From the NCBI RefSeq assembly GCF_009914755.1, contig NC_060928.1: a DNA stretch of 64,000 bases, one strand, 5' to 3'. Numbering within the stretch: position 1 is the first letter of the stretch; each line of letters starts with the position of its first letter. Of this stretch, positions 1 to 13,098 are shown piece after piece. The DNA is from the human T2T-CHM13v2.0 reference genome, Homo sapiens. Both the position numbers and the translations under genes were made by a program. The notes below the pieces were generated by a model that saw only the letters and a program-made list of their open reading frames with translations, did not search any database and was not told the origin of the DNA.

Positions 1-284
1 TACTTCTTTGCAAAATAAAAGATCGACTGTGTAAGGAGGTACTCATGTTAGTGCCCAGCATACAGTTTTAAATGTCAGATGCTCATAAAGTGGCCTTCAA
101 AACTCATTTTGCCTATATACAGACTAATTTTGTCAGAGTGTGAATTTACTTTGCCTGCTGCTAACAGAAGAAATCTCAACTCTTTAATGTGGCCCACCTC
201 GATCTACCCCCACTGGGGTGTCCAGGCTACTTCCGCAACATTGCCTGGGTGCCTCTCTGTTCACCTTCACCTAAGGATACTACT

Positions 285-722
285 GGTATTATTTAGGGTA
301 ACACAAGCTCCTGTCACAAGTAGACCCCAATGCAGAATGATTCAAACACAGTAGAAGTTCATATATGTTTTACTCACTAAAGAATCCAACGTAGGTGCTC
401 CTGGTAGGCAGGAGAGCTCTCCTCCATGAGGTCTAGTCGAGAGTCAAACTGATGAGAGCTCTGCGGTCTTCAGCACGCAGCATCCAGAGCTGCCCTGGTC
501 ATCTTTGTTCCAGCCAGTTAGAGGGTAAACTGGACAGAAAGCCCATGTGAGGGGTTTCTGGGCCAGCCCCGTCAGTCATCACTTCTAATCATATTCCATT
601 AGCTAGAATTTTTAGAAGGGTGGCCATACTGAATTGCACAGGAGTTTTAGGAAAGATAATCTGGCCAAGTGTAGAAGAAGAGGAAATGGATAATTGTGAA
701 CAGCTAGTAGCTTTTGCTACAC
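285..722 (-). mobile_element. Old MaLR LTR (MLT1J/K-like)
   Basis: MLT1-type blocks (tagggtaacacaagct...acacagtagaagtt; cacttctaatcatattccattagctagaa; ttgtgaacagctag...gctacac) in reverse orientation. Confidence 0.6.
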
Positions 723-959
723 ACTCTTTTATGACTCTGTCCTTTTGCTCATACAACTTCTTTAGTCTACTTAGTTTTCAAGATCTAGCTCAAAAGCAAC
801 CTCTTTGTCTAAGCCTCCTAGTTGCAATGACTTGTTCCTTCCTCTGTCTTCCATCTTGAACCTCTGTTATGGCCACTTTTGAATTCTACTTTGTGCTCTG
901 TTAGTTTTTTATACATTGGCCTTACTCACTTAACTGTGAGCTCCTTTAGCACACCACCA

Positions 960-1140
960 TATTGCGGTGGGGGAAAGCAGAGGTGTGGGGGTCACACAGG
1001 AATGGCTTTAAATCAGCTGTGCTACTTTTTAGCTGTGAGACCTTGATCAAGTCACTTTCTCTGTCTTCTCATTTTCCTCACCTAAAGAACGTGAGTAATA
1101 CTGCATAGTGTGGTAGGAAGGGCTAACTGAGATAATACTT
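960..1140 (+). mobile_element. MIR SINE
   Basis: MIR core tagctgtgagaccttgatcaagtcacttt...ctcattttcctcacctaaa...tgagataat. Confidence 0.7.
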
Positions 1141-1894
1141 GAAACTTCCCGATGGGATTTCGTAAGAATAAATTCTCTGTAGATGTTAATGTTGCAGCCC
1201 TTTGCCTCTTCTATAGTGATTTTTCCCTTCATTGGCATTTAAAAAGATGCAGCTGAATTGAGCTCTGAGTCCTCTGCCTTCACAGCACTACAGTAGCAGA
1301 GGTTCAAGTCAAGAGCATGAACTACTAGTATATCCAGCATGGGCAATAGAGGCGAGGACAGAAGGAAGCCACTTGGAATAGCGTCAATATGTTAGCTATG
1401 TAGGCGTTCACTCAGCTCTGGAGGACTCATCGCCTGCTTAACGAATTGTGTTAACTCCAGCCAAGCTTGCAGCTGCCTCTGATGACCTTTGAGAATTGCT
1501 GTACACCAAGCAGCGGCTGCTTCATTGCAGATAAGGCCAGAGGCAGCAAGCAGAGCTCAAGCCAGGGCTGCCCCAGGTGACCCATTTAAGCCTCTGCCAA
1601 GAGCTACTGGGGCACTGGAGTGAGAAGAGAGGGGTTAGGGGAAACTAGATACCAAGAAAATGGCAGAAAATGCGTCACAGATGATTTTACCCAGTATTGT
1701 TTACTCTGATGCCTATCCCTGTTCAGGCGCTTTGGAAAGTACTATTTTAGCCTCAGGCATTTGCCTGGGTGAGGTGGAAAAAAGAAGACGAAAGGATGTA
1801 GACCTTTGCTGGCTTATTGTTGTTGCATCTTTAATTTTCCCCAAGTGAGATATTTCAGTATTATACTGGAATAGGTATCCATCCCGAGCTGAAG

Positions 1895-3390
1895 AGCCAT
1901 GTGGAGCAGTGGTTAAGAGCAGGGCAGTGGAGCCAGGCCACCTGGTTTGACTAGCATCCTCACAACTTTTTCCCCCAGCTTTTCTGTGTAATTGACAAAT
2001 AAAAATTGTATATATTCAAGGTGTACAAAGTGATGTTTTGATATATATGTACACTGCATACATATATAATACATACACTTATTTATGAATACATATACAT
2101 ACATTCATGCATACATCATGAAATGATGTATACAATCAAGCTAATTAACATCTCCATCACCTCACATAGTTAGTAGCTTTTTTTATGATGAGAATCCCTA
2201 AGATCTTCTCTTTTAGTAAATTTCAAGTGTACAGTGCATTATTATTAACTATAGTCACCATGCTGTACATTAGATATCCAGAACTTGTTCATTCTGTCTG
2301 ACTGAATATTTGTACCCCTTTACAACATCTTCCCATTTCCTCCACTCCCAGCCCCTGGAAACTGCCATTATACTCTCAGTTTCTATAAGTTTAACATGTA
2401 TATATTCCAAATGAATGAGATCATGCAGTATTTGTGTTTCTGTGTCTGGCTTATTTTACTTAGCATAATATTGTCCAGATTTATCCGTGTTGTTGCAAAT
2501 GACAAGATTTCCTTCTTTGTAAAGGCTGAATAATATTCTAGTGTGTTTGTGTCTGTGTGTATACATACATATATATACCACATTTATATAGACACACCAC
2601 ATTTTCTTCATTCATTCATTCATTCATTCATTCATTCATTCATCTATAGGCATTTAGGTTCTTTCCATATCTTAGGTATTGTGAATAATGCTGCAATGAA
2701 CAGGGGAGTGCAGAGATTTCTTTGACATACTGTTTCATTTCCTTTGGATATATACCCAAAAGTAGGATTGCTGGTTCACAAGGGAGTTCTAGCTTTAATT
2801 TTTTGAGGATCCTTCATACTGTTTTTCATAATGGCTGTACCAATTTACACTCCCACCAACAGTGTGCAAAGTTTCCCTTTTCTCCACATCCTCACCAACA
2901 CTTGTTACCTCTTATGTTTTTGATCATAGCTTTTCTAACAGGTGTGAGGTGATGTCTCATGGTGGTTTGAATTTGCATTTCTCTGATGATGAGCGATGTT
3001 GAGCACCTTTTCATATACCTGTTAACTGTTTGTATGTCTTTGGAAAACTGTTTATTCAGGTTCTTTGTCCATTGTAAAATCAGAACATTTGTTTTTGCTT
3101 TTGCTTTTGCTATTGAGTTGTATGAGTTCCTTATACAGTTTAGATGTTAACCCCTTATTGCACATATAGTTCGCAAATATTTTCTCCTATTCCGCAGGTT
3201 GCAAACTTACAGCTTACATGTTGTATAACTTCGCATCACCAAATTGCTCTGTGCCTCAGCTTCCTCATGTGCAGAGTGGGCCTAATTAATTATCTGATGG
3301 AACTGTTTTAGGATTGCATGTGTTAATATATATAAAAGACTTAGATCAGGGCCAATGGTAATTGGGGTATAAATGTTTGTTAGGTAATAT
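1895..3390 (+). mobile_element. MIR split by an L1MA insertion (halves about 1895-1965 and 3205-3390)
   Basis: gcagtggttaagagcagggc on the left; ctctgtgcctcagcttcctcatgtg...tgttaatatatataaaagacttaga on the right. Confidence 0.6.
1968..3203 (-). mobile_element. LINE-1 3' fragment, L1MA8/9-like
   Basis: taattgacaaataaaaattgtatatattcaaggtgtac 3'UTR motif; ORF2 C-terminal remnant LEYYSAFTKKEILSFATTRINLDNIMLSKISQTQK; internal (TTCA)n at about 2606-2643. Confidence 0.85.
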
Positions 3391-3504
3391 TTATATGTAT
3401 ACGAACCAAACAAAAAAACATTTCTCTCCTTTCCTCATCATTTTCCACAGCTAGTTTTATTACACTTCCTGAAGATTAAGAGCCTCCAAACACTTCAGTG
3501 GTTA

Positions 3505-3890
3505 CAACAGTTGATTTGACTGTCCCCTAAAAATTCATGTGGAAATTTAGTGGCCAATTGACAGTATTGAGAAATGGTGCCTTTATGATTTGATTAAGTC
3601 ATAAGGCCCCACCCTTATGAATGGATGAAGGTCATTATCCTGGGAGTGGGCTAATCACCTCAGGAGTGAGCCCCTGATAAAAAGGATGAGTTCAGCCTGA
3701 TTTCCTGTCTTTCTATCCCACATGCTCACTTCTGCATTCCACCTTTCTTCCATGGGATTGCCCTTGCCAGATGCTGGCACCATGCTCTTGGACTTCTCAG
3801 CCCCTAGAAATGTGAGAAATAAATGGATTTTCTTTATAAATTAACCGATCTGTGGTATTCTGTTATAGCTGGACAGAAAGGACTAAGACA
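3505..3890 (+). mobile_element. MaLR LTR (MSTC/MSTD-like)
   Basis: gccagatgctggcaccatgctcttggacttctcagcc...tgtgagaaataaat...ggtattctgttatagc...gactaagaca terminus. Confidence 0.8.
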
Positions 3891-4386
3891 GGTTCAGACC
3901 TGTTTGGTGGATTAGATGTGTTTATGGCTGTGTAAAGGAATCTCAAGAGGGTTTTTGTCGAGGCAGGGAAGAAAGTTGAGAGATAACTTACCACATGGAA
4001 GCCAGAGTCTGGCTTGACTAGAAGATGAATTTTTGAGGTTCAGAGAGGAGTAGATTCCAGGTACAGGGTGGTGGCTGTACTCAAACCTATTCTGTCTGGC
4101 TATTGTGGCAGGGGGAGAAAACCACCTATTTGTAAACCGAGAGATACATCAGGGCCCAATGAGTCCTCCTTTGGTATCTGCTGATGGAACGTACTGCAGA
4201 GGAAGGGAGGTCCTTCCAGTGTCACAGGGGACTGCTGAGTACTCACAGGGCACTGAGGGCTGAGGGGCTGGTTTCCATGGTGACCAGCAGAGATGTGGGT
4301 CCAGGCTGGGGAAGATGGAGGATCCTGCTGAGCAGTTGAGACCCACTTGGCCAGCTCAGTTGCTAGTGGTAGCCAGGATGCATTCA

Positions 4387-4767
4387 TGTCACATGTTGGC
4401 TTGTCTGAAAGCAGATGCCAAGATGGAGATTGGTCTGCAGGATATTTACTAGGAATCAACAACTTTGGAAGGACAGAGGGGAAGAAGCAGGACTGGGCAG
4501 ACAGAGAAGTTAAATAAACTTCAATACAGGCCCAATAATAACTCGACCAGCCCCTTTGGGAGCTCTGGACTGCATGTGCCTGCCAGAGTTGTTCCGAGTG
4601 AGCTAATATGGTTGGACCTTTACATCCACCCCCATCAGTCACTGGGTGTGGGCTGTGCCAGGAAAGGAGCATCTCTCTGTAGCTAAGGCAGATTTGGAGG
4701 GAGCTAAGCACTGAGATGAGTACTCCCTTTGAGGGGATCTGGGTGTCAAATTTCCGTGTCCACCACA
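4387..4767 (-). mobile_element. ERVL LTR16-like solo LTR
   Basis: gaaagcagatgccaagatggagattgg...gaagcaggactgggcag...gggagctctgga...gtccaccaca. Confidence 0.65.
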
Positions 4768-6144
4768 GCTCATCCAGCCACAGGAGGGGAATCTCAGTGA
4801 TGCTGGAAGAGGGGTGGGAACTCTTCCAAGGCCTGGTGTTCCTATATTAGCAAGTAGGGTTTTGAAGCTGATGAAATGTGTGCGATTAATATTATTGTGA
4901 CCTTGTTCATACCCATGCCCTGGTGTGGTATGGAGACATTCCAGTTTTTACATGTTAACTGCACACTTTATAATAAAAATAATAGAAATAATGAAAGAAA
5001 TGACCTAAAATCTCACCATCCCCTCTAGTGATTTGCTCCCTTGTAGTTTTTTTCTCAGATATGCCTGTAACTTTTATAGAGTCTGGTTTTATTTTGTTTT
5101 TATGCTAATTTAAAGTGTTAGATCAAAAGTCTAGACACTGTGTGGGTAAAGTGGTCTGGGTGGTAATGAAAGGGGTGTAATGTGGACAGCATGGGTGAGG
5201 AGATACAGCATACATCACTGCGCAGCCCAGGCATTAGGTAAAGAATTGGATGGAGGAAATAAATTCTCTTATAGCTCTGACCACCAGCTCCACCCCCCTT
5301 TTTTAGAGAAATTAATCTTTATGATTAAATGGGGGCGTTGCTATTGAGAGCAATATTCTTAATATCTTACAGCAGCCTGTTTTTTCTGAGTCATCAGTAC
5401 AATTTCCCTGAGCTTGTTAGTTTTTGCATGTTTGCCTCATAACAGGCAGCTGCATTTTGGGTTGATTATTTGCATTTTAAAAAATAGGCTGCTCACACTG
5501 CATTAAATTTTTATAGCTACTGTGTTCATTGATCAGATCACTCTGTTAGCGGTTACTATTCCAGCTGTATATTTTAATTACACTTGAACAATCAGGCTTT
5601 CTTAGTACTTGAATAATTTGCTGAGTTTACTTTTTCCCTTTGTCTAATTCTGACTTAAATTATTTCATTAATGTTGGCAGTCCTGTATTACACACCCTTC
5701 CTGGTCTTTTTAAGTCAATTTCCTGGGGTTTTAATTATGTAGAACAGTCAATAAAAGTTGATGCCAACAAAAAAACTATTGAGGCAAACGATCATGAAGG
5801 ATATATGCCCACAAGATATATTTTATTAACGAACATCCTTGACATTTATGCCAAAACATTAATTAATTCATACCATACCGTATGAGAATGGTCAGCGATT
5901 TTATTTTTCATTTAGCTAATGACAAACTGCGGCACAGAGAAACCAGGCAAACTATTGAAAGCTGCACAGCAAGACAGAGGAAAATGATTAGGTATTTCTA
6001 GATCAAAGAAATGTTAAAACAAATGAGTTACTTGAAAGCAATCATAATATATTAGACTCTAGTGAAAACACTGACTTCTGGTAACCACATATTTTGTTTT
6101 CATATTCAAGAAATTGTAGAAGAAAGGGGCCTAAGCATCTAGTT

Positions 6145-6362
6145 CAGACGTATTATACTATCTGACTGTGGGCTACATTTGACTCACAGAACTGTCTTCT
6201 GGGGTCCACACCATTTTAAATTTTAAATTTGAATTTGAAAGCCTTTAAAAGGGACCTGAACTCTCCAGCTGCTCACCCCTGCTTATGGTCTTGTATTTGG
6301 CCTGCTTTACACATATTTGTTACCTTCCTGATTCTACCAGGCACTTGAGTTTGCTATACCTG
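6145..6362 (+). mobile_element. hAT-Charlie MER102-like DNA transposon fossil
   Basis: Ends ttaccttcctg...aggcacttgagtttgctatacctg, resembling the MER102 3' terminus. Confidence 0.6.
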
Positions 6363-6654
6363 ATTGTTGTTCACTACCCTTTCTTTTAGCTAGAAAACTG
6401 AGATCCAGAGGGCTGAAGTTGGAAGATACCCATAAAATTACTCATAGCGATCAGTCTAGAACCTTAATTTCATGGATCCAATCCAGTATATTTTCCATAA
6501 CACCGAGCAGCCTCTCTAAATTTCCTTCAGAGAATTCAAGCAAGACAGGTATTTCATTACCTCTTTTTGGATTATGGAAATAAGGCCTTTCAGCTGTAAT
6601 ATAGATACACAGAGCACATCAGCAGTTTCCCAATGCTTAAAAAGCATGTTAGCT

Positions 6655-6816
6655 TGGTGTGGCATAGAGAATGTTAGCTTCGAGTCAAAAGACACAGTTC
6701 CAGTCTCAGCTGTGTCACTAACTAGAGGCTATTTGACTCCACAGGCTTTAGTTTCCTAAGGGTGTTAGAGTAGATGAGCTCTAAGTTCCTTTTCAGACCT
6801 AGGATTCTATGATTCT
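6655..6816 (+). mobile_element. MIR/MIR3 SINE
   Basis: tagatgagctctaagttccttttcagacctaggattctatgattct tail. Confidence 0.65.
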
Positions 6817-6983
6817 TTCATGAACTCCAATAAAAGCATACACAGGAGGAAGAGACAGACAAACCATCCCACTAAAACGCCACTGGGCCAGGCAGTCTGT
6901 TTTCTTCTGGGAGCACTTTTGAAACTAAGTTTTACCATCCTCACTCAACTTTTCACTAGGATAGAAAATTCAGAACTATATTC

Positions 6984-7327
6984 TGTATTAGTCTGTTTTC
7001 ATGCTTCTGATAAAGACATACCTGAGACTGGGTAATTTATAAGAAAAAGAGGTTTAATGGACTCACAGTTCCATGTGGCTGGGGAGGCCTCATAACCATG
7101 GTAGAAGGTGAAAGGCCCATCCTCACATGCAGCAGACAAGAGAAGAGGGCTTGTGCAGGGAAACTCCCCGTTATAAAACCATCTGATCTTGTGAGACTTA
7201 TTCACTATCACGAGAACAGCATGGGAAAGACCTGCCCCCATGACTCAATTACTTCCCACTGGGTCCCTCCCAACAATACATGGGAATTAAAGATGAGATT
7301 TGGGTGGGGCACAGCCAAACCATATCA
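6984..7327 (-). mobile_element. THE1B-like MaLR solo LTR
   Basis: tgtattagtctgttttcatgc...gatttgggtggggcacagccaaaccatatca; complete element of about 345 bp. Confidence 0.9.
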
Positions 7328-7607
7328 TATATCATCTAGGGAAGTACTTATTAGTAAATATGTATATTAGTACTTAAAAGGTCTCTGGAAGAAACTAAAT
7401 GGATAACCGAGGGGTCTTCAGATTCTTTGATCCCTTTGAGGAGGGTATTCCTAAACTATGGACTGTCATTTTAACTATATCATGAGTTCCTTGAGTAAAA
7501 GGGTTTGTTTTTATTTACCTTTGTTTTCTGGGTGCTTAGGACATCCTCTGGTATATAGCAGGTGTTCAATAAATATTTAATGAATTTCAACATGCAGAGG
7601 AGGACCA

Positions 7608-7940
7608 TGGAATCTTAGTGCTGGGAGGGGCCTCAGAAATCAAATTCAGCCTCCTTGCCAATGCAGAAATTCTCTGTACAGTACCCTAGGAGGATGCTCA
7701 CCAGCTGCACCAGTTTACTTGGCCATTTATTCCATGAATATTCATCCAGTGTCCCCTATGTACTAGGAATGATTTTGGGATGCAGTAGTGAATCAAGGAG
7801 ATATGGTCTCTATACTAAGAAGCCTGCTGCTTCTTCCTGAACATTACCAGTGACTGGGATACATAAACTATGTGGACAGATCTGCATTCCACCAATGGCC
7901 AACTCTTGGCACTAATGATCTTCCTCTGGGAAAGAAACCC
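7608..7940 (-). mobile_element. L3/CR1 LINE 3' remnant interrupted by an L2 fragment (about 7725-7830)
   Basis: gaatcttagtgctgggaggggcctcag...cttgccaatgcagaaattctctgtacag...tgaacattaccagtgactggg resembles the reverse-strand L3 3' end. Confidence 0.55.
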
Positions 7941-8539
7941 TTATAAGGCGATACTAGTATTGGTTCTTGCATGTGTCCCCGCAGATTGCTTTAAGACCTT
8001 CAGTATTTCTGAGCCTGTCTGCATTTATGAGAGGATGCCATCTGTCTGTCATCCAGACTTCGTCTTGAGCTCAGTCTCAGCCACCATTTAAAATCTCTTA
8101 AACTACTAGGATGTGGGAACTTATCTGTGCTAATGACCACCTACCTTCAGGCCAACTAGGGTCATGCTTGGTCCTGGGAATGGGGGAAGGAGATGACACT
8201 CTGCCTGATCAGCCAGTAAAATCAACAGTGGCCTGCCATGTTTGGAAAGATTGCCTTGTGGCCTGACTTCCCATAAAGTTTTCTTGCCCAGGTGACAGAG
8301 GCAGTTCAGTCTTTTCTCCAAAGCCTCAATATGTACGTGGTTCAAAACTTATTTTTCGAAATATGAATTAAGAAAATCTGAGTGAGCATGGATGGGAAGC
8401 AATATTGCTGGAGGACAGGCTGGGCCTCAACACAAAGTTATGAAACATGCCCTGTTTCAGGAATGCTCTGTTCAAAATCTTCAGTTGCCACATGTATCCC
8501 CTGCAAATGCTTATTGAGCCAAATAAGCTCATTAGCATG

Positions 8540-9060
8540 GCAGCCTCTATTCTCAGTGGTTTGCTTATGACTTGCCTTTCTAACTTCACCTCCTATTAGT
8601 TCCCCTCATAGATATTTTGTTTAGTTAAACTGAGCCTCTCACTATTTACTTAAGCATCCTCTATATTTTCTTCCTTCTAGTTTTTGCTTAGGTTTTTCTT
8701 TCATTTTAGAATTCCCTTCCCTCTACCTAGAAGACTCTACCCTCCAATCTGTGCATGCCAAAAGCCTACTCATCATTTAAGGTCCATGAAGTATTCCTTA
8801 ATTCATGATGGTTCTTCCTCTCCCTCAACTTCCTCCCTAGCTGGAAGTATTTTCCCTCTATTTCAAGCTTCTTTAGAACTTGAAGTATGCTTCTCTTCCA
8901 GTATCTGTTTTAAATAGAATATAATTATAATAGCCATTAAATGGTAATTACATCAGGTTAAGCTCTTTCAAAACAGTGTCCTTGTCTGATATCTTTGAGT
9001 TTTCTACAGGTCAAGCTGAGTGTTTTGCATTCAACAATATTGAATAAATTGAATCATTTA
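8540..9060 (+). mobile_element. L2 LINE 3' region
   Basis: Pyrimidine-rich L2 body (cctactcatcatttaaggtc) ending ttcaacaatattgaataaattgaat. Confidence 0.55.
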
Positions 9061-11877
9061 CTCTCAGAAGATGCCAAAGAGGTACAAATATCTAAACATA
9101 ACCATTAAAAATGGAGTCACTATATAGGCTGGTCTCAACACTATATAACATTAAAAAAAAAAAAAAGACACCTGTTTGGAATTCTGAGCCTGTTTAGAGT
9201 TCTAAAAAACTTGAACAAGCAACTTTCATCTTTAAAAACGTAGTCTTTCCAAAATATAGCAAAACAAATAAGCAAATGAAATACAAACAAAGCTGAACAG
9301 AAAGGATTTACAGTCACAGTATATTCTCAACCTGTTAAAAATCATCTTTTCCCCCTGCCTCTTTAAAAATGTCTCAAAGGCGTCCTCTATCTCTGCCTGA
9401 GCACCCCACAATCTCCTACCCTCAGCTTTTGCAGGTTCCCCGGGCTCCCTAGTGCCTTCTCTCTGCTCTTGCCAGTAGAAACTCAACTATTCTTTTTGGT
9501 TTTTCCAGTTTTCCCCTCATCAGTGCCCCCATCAGGGTCACAAAAGCATACCAGTTGGGGGATCTTGGTAAGCCAGAATTCCTCTGGGTGGATGTAAGTC
9601 AGGGATTTTGTGGGTAACCCCCTTCTCCACTTATAGAAGCTGTTATGGTGCATTTAAATTCACTAAAGACAGCCTGAAATGGGTGTTCCGCTGAGGATTT
9701 CTGAGACAGGGAATTGCCATTACTTCCTAACTAAAAAAGAGCATGTAAGAGCTTGCTCTGGGGTTAGTTCCTGACAGCCTCTTTTTGAGTTGGGCCTTTG
9801 GACCAAACAACCTCCAACCAAGGCCTGTGGGACAGTGGTCAGCTAAGAGGAAGCCGGCCTTGCTGCTGGTTGGCAGACATCGACTCCCAAGCCACACATG
9901 AGAGTGTGAAGAGCCGGCACCTTCAAAACCATTTGTTACCCTCGATGACAGGAGGCTGCCCCTTCCCGGGGTATGAGTTGACAGTAAGCATTTTTCAGCT
10001 TGTGCTTTCAGAATGTACCTAGTGTGGTATTTTTTATTCCAATGCTGCTTGACTTGCTTCATTTGCTTTTATGACAGTGCTTGGGTACGATTAAATGACA
10101 ATTTAATGCATATAATAACTCATTGAAAGTTTTAGCGAGGGCTTGAATGAAGGTGATGGGGCTTGAGCACATTTTTGAGCAGACTCTACAGTGTAAGCCT
10201 AAGCTAGGGGGTAACTTAGGGAGATTTCTTACCTTAGAACAGCTTGAATTTCTACACCTTTCTCTTTAATTCAGCAATTTTTTCATGGCATTTAGTCCTG
10301 TATCTCAGTTGTGTAAGAAGGAACACAGGGGGTTTTGGGCTTAATCCCTGCCTCCTGTTCTTTTATATCTTCTCGTGATTCATAAGACATCTGAAAATTA
10401 TCTTTGGTCACTGAAGTTCCTCTTAGCCCCAGGCTCTACGAACCAGGAACAGTTTGGAGGGCTTTGAGGTTTAGGACACAAAGGCTCCAGCCTCTTGTTC
10501 TTTTCCTGTCAGAACGTGAAGGGAATATACCTTGTCATTTATTTGCCTCATATGTGTCTTCTGAGGATGGTCAGATGATGTTTGGTGACTTATTTTGCCG
10601 CCATCCAGTGAGTAGCTGGTGGAGGAGAGGGAGGATGGGAGACAGGTGAGTTTTCTTTCTTCTGCAGGAGATCCCAGCCTGGACCCAGGGACTTGGCAAA
10701 AGGGAACAGGCACTGCTATCCCTAAGCCGATGGTGCACTGTCCCCACCAACTGCTGCCTTCTGGGGCTGACTGCTGTGCTTGTGGCCCAGGAAGGGTAGA
10801 AAGTGATGGAAATCCTCACCCAAGGGCTATTTCCAGCTTTCGGTATCCTCCTCCAAGTGAAAGTGGGCTGAGTGGGTTGGAGAGTGGCTTTTTCCTAGGA
10901 CCAAAGCTTTTGGACCTTAAGCTCTTAATAGTCTGCTAATGACCAGAAATTAATTTGAAAATTAAAGTTTTTTTTTCCTTTACCTTTTCAAACTTCGAAA
11001 TGGCAATTACAGAGCACACCAGTTTTAAAATAGTTTATACGTAACTAACAGTATTTCTCCTTAGGCCCAGAGCTCAGCTTGCTAGGAACCTAGGGCGCCT
11101 GCTCCCCAGGAGGAAGAATTGCCTAAACTTCAGCACAGACTGAAGCAAAACTGCTGAAATTTGAGAGCCACTGCTTTTCACTCTAGATGTCCTTAATCCT
11201 GATTCCAGGAACCTTGAGTTGTCTGCCCCTAGAAGACATTTTTAGATTCCTTGACTCTTCTTAGCTGCTTTGTACTGGAGGGTGTCTAAGCTGTGCCAAA
11301 CTGGCACGGACAGAAATGGCCCAGTTTCTAGAAATGTGACCTATCACGATGTCTTTTTTCCTTTTAAATTATTACGTATTAAAGTTGTGTTTTAATTCTT
11401 AAGTTAGTCCTGGGTGTCATTTTGGGGAAAAATAGCTTTCTTTCTCTTTCATAACTATCTCTTGCCTCCAGACCAATCAGTAATCCCAGTGTAATGACTT
11501 TAGCTTGACCACCAGTCTCTGCTTTATTGCCAAGCAGAGTCTTGCAAAAAGGACAGAAAGTCAGGTTTCAGCAGCTCATTTCCTTCTTCTCTGAGAGGCA
11601 TCTGAGCAGAAGTATCTTAGCACAGCTGACTGTGAAGGGGCTGTTGAGAGAGGCTGAGTGGAGTGTGAGTGGGCAAAGAAAACAAAGCTTGGAGTCTCTT
11701 ACTGGGGAAACCTTTCGAATCCAACTGGAAATACATGTCTGAATTACAGAAGCTTTTGTTTTATTTGTTTTGCTTTTTCTTATATAAAGAGGCAGTTAGT
11801 TTCTACAAAGCACAACAATCGTGTTTTGGAATGTCATATTTGACATTCATTTGGTTTGTGTTTCAATGCTTATTTTC

Positions 11878-12120
11878 AAAACAGGTTCAAGAGATCTATT
11901 CTACAGCATGATGACTGTAGTTAATGACAATATATTGTATTCTTAAAAAACACTAAGAGAGTGGAATGTTGTGTTCTCAACACAAAAATGATAACTATGT
12001 AAGGTAATGCATTTGGTAACTAGCTAGATTTAACCATTCCACAATGTATACATACTTCAAAACATGATGTACATGATAAAAATCATACCTACGATTTTAT
12101 ATGTCAAAAAATAAAAAAGA
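11878..12120 (+). mobile_element. LINE-1 3' end, L1MA4/5-like
   Basis: ttcaagagatctattctacagcatgatgactgtagttaat...tagctagatttaaccattccacaatgtatacatacttcaaaacat followed by an A-rich tail. Confidence 0.8.
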
Positions 12121-12812
12121 ATGGATTAAAGACAGACTTATTTTGAAATGTAAAAGAAAATTGTGAGAGAACAGAAACACAGAAAAAAGCAACCAAACAA
12201 ACAAAAAAAACACAACAAAATAGGGGCAAAGAGAGTGGTTTGAACATTCTGAGAATAACAGGGTAGCCAGAGCAACAGTGGGGATGCCACGTAATAGGGC
12301 AATCAGAGGGAGAGCTGAAATCACAACCTCTCATTTATCCACTGGTAATAATGCCCCCAGAATTACAGGGTGTTTTACTGGAAAGAACATTTGTTTCTAT
12401 AGAACAGGACTAGATTTGAAAATGCATTTTGGGTTAGCAACCCCATTTCCCCCTGATGGGGGGATAAGGGACGTGAATACCACTTTTGCACTCACTGGCT
12501 GATCGTGTGTGTATGTGTGCACCTACATGTGTGGTGGAGGGATGGGAGGGATGGGAGAAGGCCATGCAGGAGGAACGTGAGAAATAAGAAGGAACATAAA
12601 TATTCTCCCAGTCCTTTGGAAAATGCTTTTGTTTCTGATTTTTACCCTTGGTGCCCAATCCAAGCAGGAGTGAGGAAAGAGAAATGGGCACTGAGTGGGA
12701 GAATGATGAAAAAGATGGAGGACCAAGGGGTGCATTTACTCTTTGTCTTTATCACTAGCATCTAATATTTGCCTCTGAAGGCTAAATTTCAATTCTTTAA
12801 AAAATATTCAAC

Positions 12813-13098
<286 letters not shown>

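Noticed and set aside
4100-4711. 203-aa minus-strand ORF
   Set aside because: Non-ATG start, about half lies in an LTR16-like element, no recognisable domain or splice context
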